A stretch of DNA of 64,000 nucleotides from an uncultured delta proteobacterium. GTDB taxonomy: Bacteria > Desulfobacterota > Desulfuromonadia > Geobacterales > DSM-12255. Made by a program: the position numbers and the translations under genes. Location of the stretch: assembly GCA_963787125.1 (NCBI GenBank), contig CAWBBV010000007.1, positions 480,001 through 544,000 of the forward strand, read 5' to 3'. This document shows, piece after piece, positions 1-10,516 of the stretch. Each line of letters begins with the position of its first letter. The stretch's first letter is position 1. The notes below the pieces were generated by a model, which saw only the letters and a program-made list of their open reading frames with translations, was not told where the DNA came from and searched no databases.

Positions 1-1245
1 TGGCGATATTCAGTGGATCTGCCGTTCTGGGAGGAGTGGGAGTTTTTTGAGCCAGCAGCGCTGCAGCGCGGCCTGACGCTGGAGTGGCTTTTCTGCCATT
101 TCGGCACCAACCAACAGGTGGTGGTATTTACCAAGCTGATGGCCTGGCTTGACTATAAGCTCTTCAGTCTTGATTTTGCCAAGCTCAAGCTGATGAATTA
201 TTTTGTTTTCGGGTTCTTTCTGCTTGCAGTGGTAAAGTTTGCCCGGCAGGTAACGGCTAGCTGCTTCAGGTTCGTGCCGCTCTTCATGCTCTTTCTGCTG
301 TCGCCGCTGGCATACGAGGCTCATGCCGCATCATTCCAGTCAGGCGAGATCTTTGTGCTGCTTTTCTCAATGCTGATGCTCTGTTATTGCGCTCCGGAAA
401 AACCGGGTTTGTCAGAGGCGTGTCTCTTTTCAGTTGCGGCGCTCGGCGCTATTTTTTCCATGCATACCGGAGTGGCTGTCGCCGGGATTCTGCTTGTTGG
501 CAGAACGGTTTTTATCTTCTTGAGAGTGCTGGCAAAAAATGCTGAGAAGCGTGATGCAGTCATCAGCATCAGCGTCTCCTGGCTGCTTACTCTTGCAGGG
601 ATCGGCTACTGGCTGTCAGGGTTCAGAAATCCGACAGAAGCATCTGTTCGGCTTATGCCGACGACGGTAAGGTTCTGGGAACATTTTCTTGAGCTGCTCT
701 CCTTTGGCTTCGGTTTCGATAACTCTACAGCTCTTACCGGTCTGATTATCCTGTGTTTCCTGCTGCTGCCGCTACTCATGCTCATCAAAGATAAAACCGG
801 CCGGTTGCAGAGTGGCACCTGGCAGATTCTTCAGGGGATAGTTATTCTCTTGGCCATAGCTGCTATGATAACTTTCGGGCGGGGGGCGACCTTCACGACC
901 CTGAAACTTTCACGGTACACCGTTTATATTACCCCGCTGATTCTCTTCGGGGCGCTTGCCTGGGGACTTGTCCTGCGGGGCAGCAGAGCTCTTCCGGGCG
1001 TAATGGCGGCCTTCTGGATCGTCTGTTTCGCTGCGTTCAGTAATAACTGGAACTATCGTATATACCGGGATTTAAGGCAGATGGATCTTCTGACTCTTGA
1101 GTGTATTGAGGTGTACAACAGCGGCAAGGGGGACGGTAACTGCCCTGATACTCACGGCGTGCCGATTGGCGGCTTTTTTGATAATGCGAAGAAGCTGGAG
1201 ATAAACTTCACCCGGCAGTTTGCCAGACCGGTTCAGCCGAAATAG
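1..1245 (+). CDS. Polytopic membrane protein, putative GT-C glycosyltransferase (type A); 5' end probably outside window
   Basis: Many TM segments. Acidic first-loop motif DLPFWEEW. Paralogue of 4530..5948 (DIPFQDEW, LLSFGFGF, SRY, C-terminal C..Y.SG.GDG.C and A.KL...FTR). Confidence 0.6.
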   Translation, partial: WRYSVDLPFWEEWEFFEPAALQRGLTLEWLFCHFGTNQQVVVFTKLMAWLDYKLFSLDFAKLKLMNYFVFGFFLLAVVKFARQVTASCFRFVPLFMLFLLSPLAYEAHAASFQSGEIFVLLFSMLMLCYCAPEKPGLSEACLFSVAALGAIFSMHTGVAVAGILLVGRTVFIFLRVLAKNAEKRDAVISISVSWLLTLAGIGYWLSGFRNPTEASVRLMPTTVRFWEHFLELLSFGFGFDNSTALTGLIILCFLLLPLLMLIKDKTGRLQSGTWQILQGIVILLAIAAMITFGRGATFTTLKLSRYTVYITPLILFGALAWGLVLRGSRALPGVMAAFWIVCFAAFSNNWNYRIYRDLRQMDLLTLECIEVYNSGKGDGNCPDTHGVPIGGFFDNAKKLEINFTRQFARPVQPK

Positions 1246-2624
1246 TGCTTCATCTCCCGGTACATCTTTGCTCTGAAAATAAGTTTCTTTACAGACCGCT
1301 CCCTGATGGTGTCCTTCAGGGTTTCCAGGGCGGAAGAGAGCATGACCCGCCAGCGCCGCGCCTTCAGAATTCGTCTCCGGGCTGCGTAAATCTCTTTGTA
1401 GTCAATTCCCCTTATCGGCCGATTTCCGGCAGACTCATCGAGAAGATAGTCGTGACCAGAATAGCTGCCCCCCTGTAAACTACCGTCTTTTGAGCAGGTG
1501 TCAAAAAGTTCTGTGCCGATAAAGGGTGTGGCCACGGAGATGTGAACCGTGTCCGGTCGGAGCTCTGACAGAAGATCTTCGGTTGCCTTGAGCGTTTCCG
1601 ACGTCTCTCCGGGGAGACCGAGGAGAATGTAGGCGTGGATTCTTATCCCGTGCTGCCGGGCAAGAGTGACCGCACTAATTCCCTGCTGCACGGTTGTCCC
1701 TTTTTGGCAGGAGTCGAGCATCTCCTGACTGCCCGACTCCAATCCAAGCAGCAGGTAATAAGTGTTGATGGATTTCAGGAGCAGGATGATCTCTTCATTA
1801 ATCAGGTCGACACGACTGTTGATGCTGAAGCGGATTTTGCCCCTCAGCCCGGCAGCAGTCAGGGCGTCACGGAAATCTTCCAGCCAGACTCTGTTGACCG
1901 TAAAAAGATCATCAACAAAAAAGAAGTCACGGATGTTATAGCGCCGGTAAAGCAGGTCCAGCTCGTTAACCACATTTCCCGGCGAGCGGCTTCTGATCTG
2001 TCTCCCGAAGAGTTTGAACAGAGTCGGCTGGCAGAAAGTGCAGCGAAAGGGGCAGCCGCGAATTGCGCTGACATTGAGCGCCAGGCCGTCAAGATACCTT
2101 GGGAAAGTCTCCAGTAGTTCCCGGTCGGCAAGCGGCAGAGCGTCGAGATCGGTGATGAATTCTCTGGCAGGGTTTATGGTCGGAGTGTTGTTTAGCTTGA
2201 AGCCGATACCTTTTACCTTGGTGAGGTCGCCATTTTCTTCGATAACGCGAAGCAACTCTCTGAGCGTCACTTCTCCTTCACCAATAACAATGAAGTCGAT
2301 ATCAGGGTTTACCAGGGTTTCCAGCGGGGCGATTGTCGGGTGAGGGCCGCCGGCAATGGTGATGCAGCCGTTGCGCTTGGCCTCTGCAAGCAGCACTTTT
2401 CCGTTTGGTAACAGATCGGTTGAGCAGGAAATCGCGACGATGTCTGGGGCGAAAACGCTTAATTCCCGTTTGATCCGGGTGAGATCATTGTCGAATGAAG
2501 CATCCAGCAGCTTTATGGTATGTCCGTCATCCCTGAGGATTGTCCCGAGGAGGGTTATGCCCAGAGGCGCCCAGAGACCATGCATTTGAGGGAACAGGCG
2601 TGGATAAACAAGGGCAATTTTCAT
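1233..2624 (-). CDS. Cobalamin-binding domain radical SAM enzyme (class B methyltransferase-like)
   Basis: PLG motif, GGPHPT, GEGE, RGCPFRCTFC (CxxxCxxC), GLESGS. ATG at 2624 overlaps the upstream TGA (ATGA). Confidence 0.85.
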   Translation of the reverse strand: MKIALVYPRLFPQMHGLWAPLGITLLGTILRDDGHTIKLLDASFDNDLTRIKRELSVFAPDIVAISCSTDLLPNGKVLLAEAKRNGCITIAGGPHPTIAPLETLVNPDIDFIVIGEGEVTLRELLRVIEENGDLTKVKGIGFKLNNTPTINPAREFITDLDALPLADRELLETFPRYLDGLALNVSAIRGCPFRCTFCQPTLFKLFGRQIRSRSPGNVVNELDLLYRRYNIRDFFFVDDLFTVNRVWLEDFRDALTAAGLRGKIRFSINSRVDLINEEIILLLKSINTYYLLLGLESGSQEMLDSCQKGTTVQQGISAVTLARQHGIRIHAYILLGLPGETSETLKATEDLLSELRPDTVHISVATPFIGTELFDTCSKDGSLQGGSYSGHDYLLDESAGNRPIRGIDYKEIYAARRRILKARRWRVMLSSALETLKDTIRERSVKKLIFRAKMYREMKHYFG

Positions 2625-4463
2625 TTGACACCTGCCGGTCTGAGGGCAAAGAGTACCCAATCATCCAGGGTAGCAATCTCGCGCCATTCTTTTACTCCGT
2701 CGCGATAGAAAGGGAGCCTGAAAAGAAAGTTATTATGAAGGGATGAACGGTTGAGAGCGATCATGGTGATTCCTTGGCCCTGCAGAAGCGTTGCAGTTTC
2801 TGCTGAACTGTGTCCTTTGGCGAGGATCGAACTGACTTCGCTGCTCCAGATTATGACTGGTCTGAAGCGGGTCTCCCGCTTCAGTATTACGGCAAAGTAT
2901 GGACTATCAACGAGTATACCGGTTACGGGGGCCTCGAGACGGCTGATGAGCGCGGCAAACTCACTGTCTTTTTCGCAGAATTCAGGGACTTCATTCCTGG
3001 TTGAAAAAAGAGCCGCCGGGAGCTGCAGCGGAGTCGAGGGATATGATAAAACTGTGAGAATGCTCCAGAATGATGCTGGAATCAGAAGGGCTGGGACAAG
3101 CTTGCTCCACTTTGTCGCGGTCAGTCTGTGCAGCGCTTCGCCGGCGATAATGGCAAGGATAACGACTGCCGGAGCAAGCACTCGCATGCTGTAGACGACA
3201 CCGCCTGATGTTTTGCTGATTGAGAGGAGCCAGAGAGCAGTGATGAGCAGCAGTGATAAGGTATAGGGGAAAAGGCGGCGTCCCTTGAACGCAAGATAAG
3301 GAAGAGCCGCCAAAAGAGCTGCTGCGCCACCGGCAATCAGTTCTAAACCAATCTCTAACCACTCTTTTGCACCAAAGTTGCCAACCCCGAGGAACTCACC
3401 GTAATAAGCCATCAGGGAACTGAGCAGCGGGTTCGCATGGGGCGAGTCGGGCAACGTCAGTGGATAGAGCGGGCTCCCGGTGAGAACCCAGTTTCTTAAG
3501 TACCAGGGCGAGGCCACGACTGCTGTCAAAAGCGCGTATTGCCAGGCATAGCGCCGACTGGCAGGAGTGTAGAGCAGAATACAGAGCCCCGGTAGCGCCA
3601 GCGCAGGCCCATATTCCCTTGCCAGGGCGCCGAGAGCTGCAAAGAGTGCTGCGGCATAGACCGGTCCCAGGGATGGTCGGCGAATGGCGACAAGTGCAAA
3701 GCATATCTGCCCGGCGACTGCCAGTGCCAGATAGCCTGATTCCTGCCCGATCTCCACGGAGCGGATCAGCAGCGGTGAGGATGCCAGTGCCAATAAAGTG
3801 AACGCTGCAGCTTTCTTTCCAAAGGCGGTTTCCGCCGCCGCCCAAGTGAGTCCGAGGATTGAGGCAAGCTGCAGTGTTACAGATATTGCCGTCAGTTGCG
3901 GCAGAACCGTTCCGCTTGCGGCATAAATCCACCAGTAGACCGATGCCACCAAGGGAGGGAAACCGTCAGGTATTGTGTAGATGGAAAAATCGGCGCCGGT
4001 TACAGGGGGGTAGAATGAGAGGGAGCTGTGTCGCAGTATTTCCCGGGCCAGCGCGTCCCACCTTGTGAAGGTGTCAAAGCCTCCCAGCGGGTAGAGAGTA
4101 ACCCGGAAAAGCTGCCGCTATTGTCACTAGTATCGCTATGACGATGCTGATTTTGAAGATAAGTTGATTGTCAAGCTCCGGGGGGAGTCCCTCAGCCTGA
4201 GTGTTTTCAGGATTATTCTGCCGTTTTAGGACAAAAATTTCGGCGATGACAGTTAAAATAGTCATTATGGTTGTAACATTTTTAAAAGTGATACTGGTGT
4301 TAGTGCAGGCAAGCGCTGTAACTATCTGGCAGATTATGAGCGCTGAAAACGGAAAAGCAACCGTCAGGCTACTCTTGAGACGGAGTGCTTTGGCCAGGAC
4401 ATAGCCAGGAAGGCTAAGCCCGAGCAAGGTTGTTAAAATTTTGAATGAAAAGGTTATACTCAC
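2621..4463 (-). pseudogene. GT-C/ArnT-PMT-like membrane glycosyltransferase (type B) with a +1 frameshift (real or sequencing error)
   Basis: Removing one A from the A4 run at 4107-4110 joins ORFs 4074..4463 and 2621..3952. The join reads AFRVTLYPLGGFDTFTRWDALAREIL...DGFPPLVASVYWW, collinear with intact paralogue 7444..9312 (~613 aa). Confidence 0.8.
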
Positions 4464-4529
4464 TTCGACTCCCTTATGCAGTCTGAGCTGGCTATGAATA
4501 AGCTAATCTTACCAGCGCTGGGGCATTTC

Positions 4530-5948
4530 CTACTTGGTTATTATGGCAGGTTCTGAATGTCTGGTGAAGTGTACATTCAACTTTCTGGCAAAATCCAGAT
4601 CTTCAGGTTCCATCCAGAAGCCCTGACACTTCCCATCGCCGTTTCCTGAATAATAGCGTTCAACGCATTCAAGTGTTTCGCTGTCAGCTTGATGAGCGTA
4701 ATGATATTTATCTTCGGACCATTCATCCCACGAATTATAGAAACTTCCGGAACAGACTAACCAGAAGACGCCCAGAACATGGGCACGCCATTTACTTTTT
4801 TCTAGCAATAACCACCATGCAATGGAAACAAATGGAATTATAAAAATAGCAAACTCGGCATATCGGGATGTTTTTGGTTCACCCAAGCCAGCGCGACCAA
4901 ATGAAATTATTAATAATACGGTAATCAAGCCAGTGATAGCTGCGCTTATACTGATTACTTCGGGGCGTGTTCGGGTTTTCTTGTCCACCAGCATCAATAC
5001 TACGGGCAGAAGAGTGAACACTGACAGAAATATTCCCGGCACTATATTCATAGAGCTGAAGCCAAAGCCGAAGCTCAGCAGGTTGAGAAAATAATCCCAG
5101 AACGCTAACTCACTTGGCCACGTTCGATTTAATGCTGCATCAGGTTTGTGATAACCCAAAAACCACAGGATAACGCTTAATCCTATGACCGTTAACAGTA
5201 GTAGAATGTGTAATCTATAAGAGAGCTTTGCCGAAATAGTTTCTTCAGCTTCAGATAAATAAATGCTTCTGAACAAGATGCATACGGCGGAAAAAACGAC
5301 CCCTGAAGCAAGTGAATACATAGCCATGTTTGAGATTAGAAGAATAGTTGCTGACCGCTTAACGCTGAGATCATTAAAGCTCAATTGCGTCACGAGTAAA
5401 ATGAAGAAAATCAGTACAAAATGAAATGGTGTCTGGAAAGCCCAGGTATGGTTTTCCGCGACAATTGGCGACAGGGTGAAAATCAGGAAAACCGGAAAAT
5501 ATATGAATTTATCGTGGCCCACGAGTTGGTTTTTTAGTCGATTAATCAGAGCCAAAAGAAAACCAAATATCAGGTAATTGATGATTTTCTGAATAGTAAA
5601 GTTCATACCGAACAATTTCAAGTTTATCCATGACATCAGATGGGTGAAAAAGAGGTGATGCTCGTTATTTCTAGTCAAGAGCCATTTCAGACTTAAAGTC
5701 TCCGGGAAACACATCGGGTGCCACGGTTCAAAATATTTCCATTCATCCTGAAATGGAATGTCTACAGAATTAGCAGCAATTATGTATAATTGCAGAAGAT
5801 ACATTATCACAAAACCTGACCAAAGGGGTTTGGCCAGGTTTTGTGATAATAAACGCCAGATTGATTTTATTTTGTTATTAAATTCGAGCATTCCATCCCC
5901 TGTAACTATAGATAATGTTTTGGAATGATGAAATTTATCTTTTGCCAA
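4530..5948 (-). CDS. Polytopic membrane protein, putative GT-C glycosyltransferase (type A)
   Basis: About 11 TM helices, DIPFQDEW and NEH motifs. Paralogue of 1..1245. AT-rich. Confidence 0.6.
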   Translation of the reverse strand: MAKDKFHHSKTLSIVTGDGMLEFNNKIKSIWRLLSQNLAKPLWSGFVIMYLLQLYIIAANSVDIPFQDEWKYFEPWHPMCFPETLSLKWLLTRNNEHHLFFTHLMSWINLKLFGMNFTIQKIINYLIFGFLLALINRLKNQLVGHDKFIYFPVFLIFTLSPIVAENHTWAFQTPFHFVLIFFILLVTQLSFNDLSVKRSATILLISNMAMYSLASGVVFSAVCILFRSIYLSEAEETISAKLSYRLHILLLLTVIGLSVILWFLGYHKPDAALNRTWPSELAFWDYFLNLLSFGFGFSSMNIVPGIFLSVFTLLPVVLMLVDKKTRTRPEVISISAAITGLITVLLIISFGRAGLGEPKTSRYAEFAIFIIPFVSIAWWLLLEKSKWRAHVLGVFWLVCSGSFYNSWDEWSEDKYHYAHQADSETLECVERYYSGNGDGKCQGFWMEPEDLDFARKLNVHFTRHSEPAIITK

Positions 5949-7383
5949 AAAGGATATTTTTCAATTTTAGCTCCGGCATAAAGACAAAGAAAAGATATTT
6001 CATCCGAAACGTGGCAATTGGTCTATAAAGATCAATCAAGAACTTAAGCATTGGGGATTCAACCATATCCTTGGAGCGATGACTATCCAGAAACATTGAG
6101 GTGAAAAACAGCCTGACCAAAAACTTCTTCTTTTTACCGGACACCCAGATATTGTCGCCATAATCAGTCTGCTGCCATTCTTCCAGGGTGTTTTTAGGAA
6201 TGAAGCCTTGGCGGAGAGCTTTGTCATAAAGCGCTGTCCCGGGATATGGTGTAAATGGGCACAATGGTGAAACCAAGGCATTGTGATTGTCATCGATTAG
6301 CTGGAAAACCAGATTTTTGGTCAGCCGGATATCAGCCATGGTTTCTTCCGGAAACCCGCACATGAAGTTGTACTGGATTACAATGTCATATTTTCGCCAG
6401 ATCCGGTTGATCTTGATGACATCTTCTATCCGCACCCGTTTATTTATCAGTTTCAGGATCTTCTCAGAACCGGACTCAACGCCGAAGTGTACTTTCTTCA
6501 TCCCGCTTGCTGCAAATAGTTCCAGATCAGCGTCATTCATCTTCAAGGCAGATTCGATGCATAACCCTTGGACTTCATAAATAATGTCCAGTCTGGCAGC
6601 AATGATGCCTGCGGCGATTTTTCTGGCTCTGCCTAAATCGACAAAGAAGTTGTCGTCGATTATGTTAAGGCTGCTGATTTTATAGTCGGAGGCAAGACGC
6701 TTCAGCTCTTCGAGCACTCGCTCTGCAGAGAATGCCCGCCACTTATTACAGTTGTAGGCTGCGTTATAACAAAAGTTGCACTGATTTGGGCAGCCGCGGG
6801 ATGTTTCCAGGGACATTGTTCGGCGATTTCTGAAAATTGGGAGGTACTTGTTGAGGTCAATCAGGTCTAAAGGCAGCCGCGGCAATGAGTCGAGGTTGGT
6901 GAAAGGCCTTGGTGGATTGCTGAAAACATGGTGTCCATCTTTATAATAAATCCCTTCAATTTCTTCCAAGCCTGTTTTATAGGTCAGCGCCCTGACCAGT
7001 TGCAAAAATGTCAGTTCCCCTTCGCCGACAACAACTATATCGATATTTTCATTTTCCACTGTGGATTCCGGCAGCAGACTCGCATGTATTCCGCCCAAAA
7101 CAACCGGTACAGCGGAAACACGCTTTACGTGGCGGGCAATTTCAAGGGCATAACCAATCTGTCTGCCGGTCATAGAGGTAATGCCTACGCATACAGGGTT
7201 TTTTCCAAGCTCTTCGGTTAATCTGTCCTTCCATAATTTGTCGGTACGAGTATCAATCAGAACCGTATCGAATTCAGGGCTTAGGAGCCTGCAGGCTGCA
7301 AGAATCCCTAATGGCACCGAAGGGTGTGACCTGACCTTGTCCCAATCACCTACCTTTGGTTGCACCATTACAACACTCGACAC
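5935..7383 (-). CDS. Cobalamin-binding domain radical SAM enzyme
   Basis: PLG, GGIHAS, GEGE, SRGCPNQCNFC, DDNF, GVESGS, PYPGT motifs. Confidence 0.85.
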   Translation of the reverse strand: MSSVVMVQPKVGDWDKVRSHPSVPLGILAACRLLSPEFDTVLIDTRTDKLWKDRLTEELGKNPVCVGITSMTGRQIGYALEIARHVKRVSAVPVVLGGIHASLLPESTVENENIDIVVVGEGELTFLQLVRALTYKTGLEEIEGIYYKDGHHVFSNPPRPFTNLDSLPRLPLDLIDLNKYLPIFRNRRTMSLETSRGCPNQCNFCYNAAYNCNKWRAFSAERVLEELKRLASDYKISSLNIIDDNFFVDLGRARKIAAGIIAARLDIIYEVQGLCIESALKMNDADLELFAASGMKKVHFGVESGSEKILKLINKRVRIEDVIKINRIWRKYDIVIQYNFMCGFPEETMADIRLTKNLVFQLIDDNHNALVSPLCPFTPYPGTALYDKALRQGFIPKNTLEEWQQTDYGDNIWVSGKKKKFLVRLFFTSMFLDSHRSKDMVESPMLKFLIDLYRPIATFRMKYLFFVFMPELKLKNILFGKR

Positions 7384-7443
7384 TATATTAAACCCCCGTC
7401 ACTGCAATTTCTGCAGAGAACAAAACCCTTTGAATAGCCAAAC

Positions 7444-9312
7444 TTAATTCTCTTTATTCGACGGCAGCAGATAATACAAGAACTTGTTGCCAACCGTTAT
7501 GATTAACCGGATATCAGTATTGTCTGCTGAGAAGCTTTTGTAAAATGGGCTACGCGAAAGATAAAGTTTATTGACTGAGCCACCTTCAAGGGAAACTGTA
7601 CGAATATTATAATTGTAAAGTCGTTGTCTTATCTCTTCCAGCGAGAAATTTGAATCGAAAACAAACTTTACTTCAGGACTCCAGATCATTACCGGCCTGA
7701 ATCGTGTTTCTCGTTGCAGAATTGTTGCCAGATACGTGTTATCGGTCAGTACGCCTGTTGCAGGCAGATCTGATTGCTGTAGCTTGTCCGCAAGTTCTTG
7801 CATGCCAGCGCAAAACTCAGGGGCCCCGCTATGAGCATAGGTTATTGCAGAGCGAAATTCATCGGGTGAGAAAGGATGCGATAACGAAAAAACAGCGGCG
7901 TATCCGGTACAGAGGAGCATGGTCGCCAGTAAAGCTGTTTTGAGAAAAGAGTCGAGCTTCCCTGTGTATGTGAATAGATGATTGCCCGCTACGCCGACTA
8001 AAACTGACAAAGGTATGATTGCCGGTGCAAAGACGCGGATACTGAATATGCTGCCACCGGATGTCTGGCTGATTGAACTCAGCCACAAAAGTACGATCAG
8101 GAAAAATGTTAGCAGCAACGGGGTATATTCTCGCCAGCGAGAGAAGCCGAATGGCACGCCAATAAAGAGGCCTATCGGTGCTCCGAACAGTAATCCTTTT
8201 ACGAGGCTACTCAATTCGGAAATGTCGAGATCCGATAGCGAACGGAATTCCTTGTACGATTCCATGATGGCCGCATGAATTGAATTAACCGGGAAAATGC
8301 CCAAAATCACGTGTGAATATAGCGGGTTGCCGGTTAAGAACCAGTTCCGCAGGTACCAAGGTATTGATAAGGTCACTGTCATGGCGATAAAAAAAGGCAG
8401 ATACTTTCGAGTTGGAGTGTGCCAGATGAGCACAAAAAATCCTGTCAATGCCAATGCGAGCCCGTAGTCTCTTGCCAGCGCTCCCAGAGTTGCAAAAAGG
8501 GCTGTGGCAAAAACCGATGAAATGCGCGGGTTACGTACAGTTGCCCAGCCGAAACAGAGTTGCCCGGCTAACGATAAAGTGATGAAACCAGTTTCCTGCC
8601 CGATAGCGAAGCCATAAATGAGCAGTGTTGAAGATAAAAATGCTAACAGTGAGAAGTACGCTGCCCGCAGACATGAGAGTTCGCGAGTTGCGTATGCTGT
8701 AAGTGCAAGGGCAGATACTAGTTGAAACAGTACTGACGCGGATGTCGCCTGCGCTAAGGGGGTGCCAATCGTTGCGTAGATCCACCAGTAAACGGCAGAA
8801 ACGAGCGGAGGTATTCCATCTGTAAATGGATAAATTGCATAGTCGTTTGCCGTGACCGGCGGGTAAAAGCTGAGAGACTCATGAAGCAGGATGTCGCGAG
8901 CCAATGCATCCCAGCGCCAAAATGTATCATAGCCGCTCAGCGGGTAGAGCGTTGTCCGGAATGTGACGGCAACGATAATAACCAGAGCAATACAAAGGCA
9001 TGCTTTTATGATCAAGGGTGAGAGGTTCGCTTCCTCACACCTTTGAGGTGCGTCAGGAAGCTTGGGGTGGCCCAGTACATTTAGTGAGGAGATTAGCGTT
9101 GTCCAGGCGATCAGTGCAATTGCCATATTGCTGAATCGTATTGGTATCCCAGTGGACGAGAAGAGAATGACGGACTCTACCAGTATCAGTGCTGATAAGG
9201 GGAATGACGCCGCCCAGCTGTGACTGAGCCTGAGTCTGAGCAGCCGTGCCAGGGCATAGCCAGGAAAAATGAGTCCTAACAATCCGATTGAATACTTCAA
9301 GAATATGATCAT
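7444..9312 (-). CDS. GT-C/ArnT-PMT-like membrane glycosyltransferase (type B)
   Basis: 622 aa with many TMs. GYDTFWRWD acidic loop and PWYLRNW..TGNPLY motif. Confidence 0.65.
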   Translation of the reverse strand: MIIFLKYSIGLLGLIFPGYALARLLRLRLSHSWAASFPLSALILVESVILFSSTGIPIRFSNMAIALIAWTTLISSLNVLGHPKLPDAPQRCEEANLSPLIIKACLCIALVIIVAVTFRTTLYPLSGYDTFWRWDALARDILLHESLSFYPPVTANDYAIYPFTDGIPPLVSAVYWWIYATIGTPLAQATSASVLFQLVSALALTAYATRELSCLRAAYFSLLAFLSSTLLIYGFAIGQETGFITLSLAGQLCFGWATVRNPRISSVFATALFATLGALARDYGLALALTGFFVLIWHTPTRKYLPFFIAMTVTLSIPWYLRNWFLTGNPLYSHVILGIFPVNSIHAAIMESYKEFRSLSDLDISELSSLVKGLLFGAPIGLFIGVPFGFSRWREYTPLLLTFFLIVLLWLSSISQTSGGSIFSIRVFAPAIIPLSVLVGVAGNHLFTYTGKLDSFLKTALLATMLLCTGYAAVFSLSHPFSPDEFRSAITYAHSGAPEFCAGMQELADKLQQSDLPATGVLTDNTYLATILQRETRFRPVMIWSPEVKFVFDSNFSLEEIRQRLYNYNIRTVSLEGGSVNKLYLSRSPFYKSFSADNTDIRLIITVGNKFLYYLLPSNKEN

Positions 9313-9420
9313 GGTAGTTTTAATTGATGCTGTTCAGGCTGTTTAAAATAAGAACGAAACTAAAAAAAACTGCCAAAGTTATCTGTTGAAAAGGCTTGCA
9401 CTATAGTCCTTTATATAACC

Positions 9421-10425
9421 TTATCGCTTGACTGTTGCCGTAGTAACAGATAACAACCATGATTCCAGAAGGTTAATCTCCAGCTTGTCAATTAGTCCGC
9501 TACAGACAAACGCTTCATAGCATTTCACCAGCCCATCCGGGATCTGTTCAATCCCTGACTTTATATCGAGAGAGTCCAGCTTTTCACAGATGTCGGCATT
9601 GCCCAGATAGCCGGAAATCTCATCTCTGAAGTCAGTCATCAGGTTATGGGGATTCCTTTCCTGAAAGGCAGTTGCTGAGTGAAAGAGAATATCCCAGCCG
9701 TTGGCAGCGCAGATTCTCGCGGCAACAAAACTTCGCCAGATATCGGTCATTCTGAAGCTGCAGGTTGAGGGGAGGTAAAGAAGTGGAAACGCGTCTTTGA
9801 ACCAGGTGGTATTCTGGCTGTTAAAGGGCGCTTTTGCTCCCGGAGCCAGAGCCAGTGGCAGTTCCGGTCGAAACGTTATCGGCAGGGTTCTCGTAAGCCT
9901 GTAGATAGCGTCTACATCCGGGTTGCCGTCAGTAAGCCCCTGCTGTATCGGTGCCAGCGACCCAGTTGCGGCCTCTGCAGTTGGCGGGCTGGTTTTTATC
10001 TCCTCCAGTGGAAATCCTCTCGGCCAGATATTCTCTTCAGTAAAGTAGCGGTAGGGATTTACCCAGCCTTTTGCCTGGATTCTTCTGGCCGTTTGCAGTC
10101 TGCAACGCTCTTCCCAGAAACCGCTCAAAGGCAGGTTGTCGTCATCGGTTTCGATGATGGCCTCCGCGCCAAGCTCCATGGCAATCAGGTAGCCGAGGTT
10201 TTTTCTGGAGTAGTGCCCTTCCGGCAGAGTCTGCGCAATCGTGAAGCCGCTTGCCAGCTGCCTCTCCAGGCTCCAGTAGTCGCACCCCTCCAGCTGAAAG
10301 TCAGCCGGAGATTTTCTGTCACCGATGACGATGAAGTCGATGTTGTGTGTCTGGCACCCCATTGCGCAGGCGCTCAGAACGTAATTCGGTGCGGAGATTG
10401 ACGTAATGACGAGAGCGGTTTTCAC
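9421..10425 (-). CDS. STELLO/DUF288-like (GT75/RGP-related) glycosyltransferase-family protein
   Basis: RKNLGYL, ETDDDN, WPRGFPL, QQGL.DGNPDVDAIYRL, FNSQNT and FRMTDIWRS motifs. GTG start. Confidence 0.8.
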   Translation of the reverse strand: MKTALVITSISAPNYVLSACAMGCQTHNIDFIVIGDRKSPADFQLEGCDYWSLERQLASGFTIAQTLPEGHYSRKNLGYLIAMELGAEAIIETDDDNLPLSGFWEERCRLQTARRIQAKGWVNPYRYFTEENIWPRGFPLEEIKTSPPTAEAATGSLAPIQQGLTDGNPDVDAIYRLTRTLPITFRPELPLALAPGAKAPFNSQNTTWFKDAFPLLYLPSTCSFRMTDIWRSFVAARICAANGWDILFHSATAFQERNPHNLMTDFRDEISGYLGNADICEKLDSLDIKSGIEQIPDGLVKCYEAFVCSGLIDKLEINLLESWLLSVTTATVKR

Positions 10426-10516
10426 GCGATGAGTCCTTTTAGTAAGTTAGAAGTTATTTTCTGCTCTTTTCTGGCAGAAAATAACAGCGTAAACGCACTT
10501 ATCCAGTTTATCCGGG

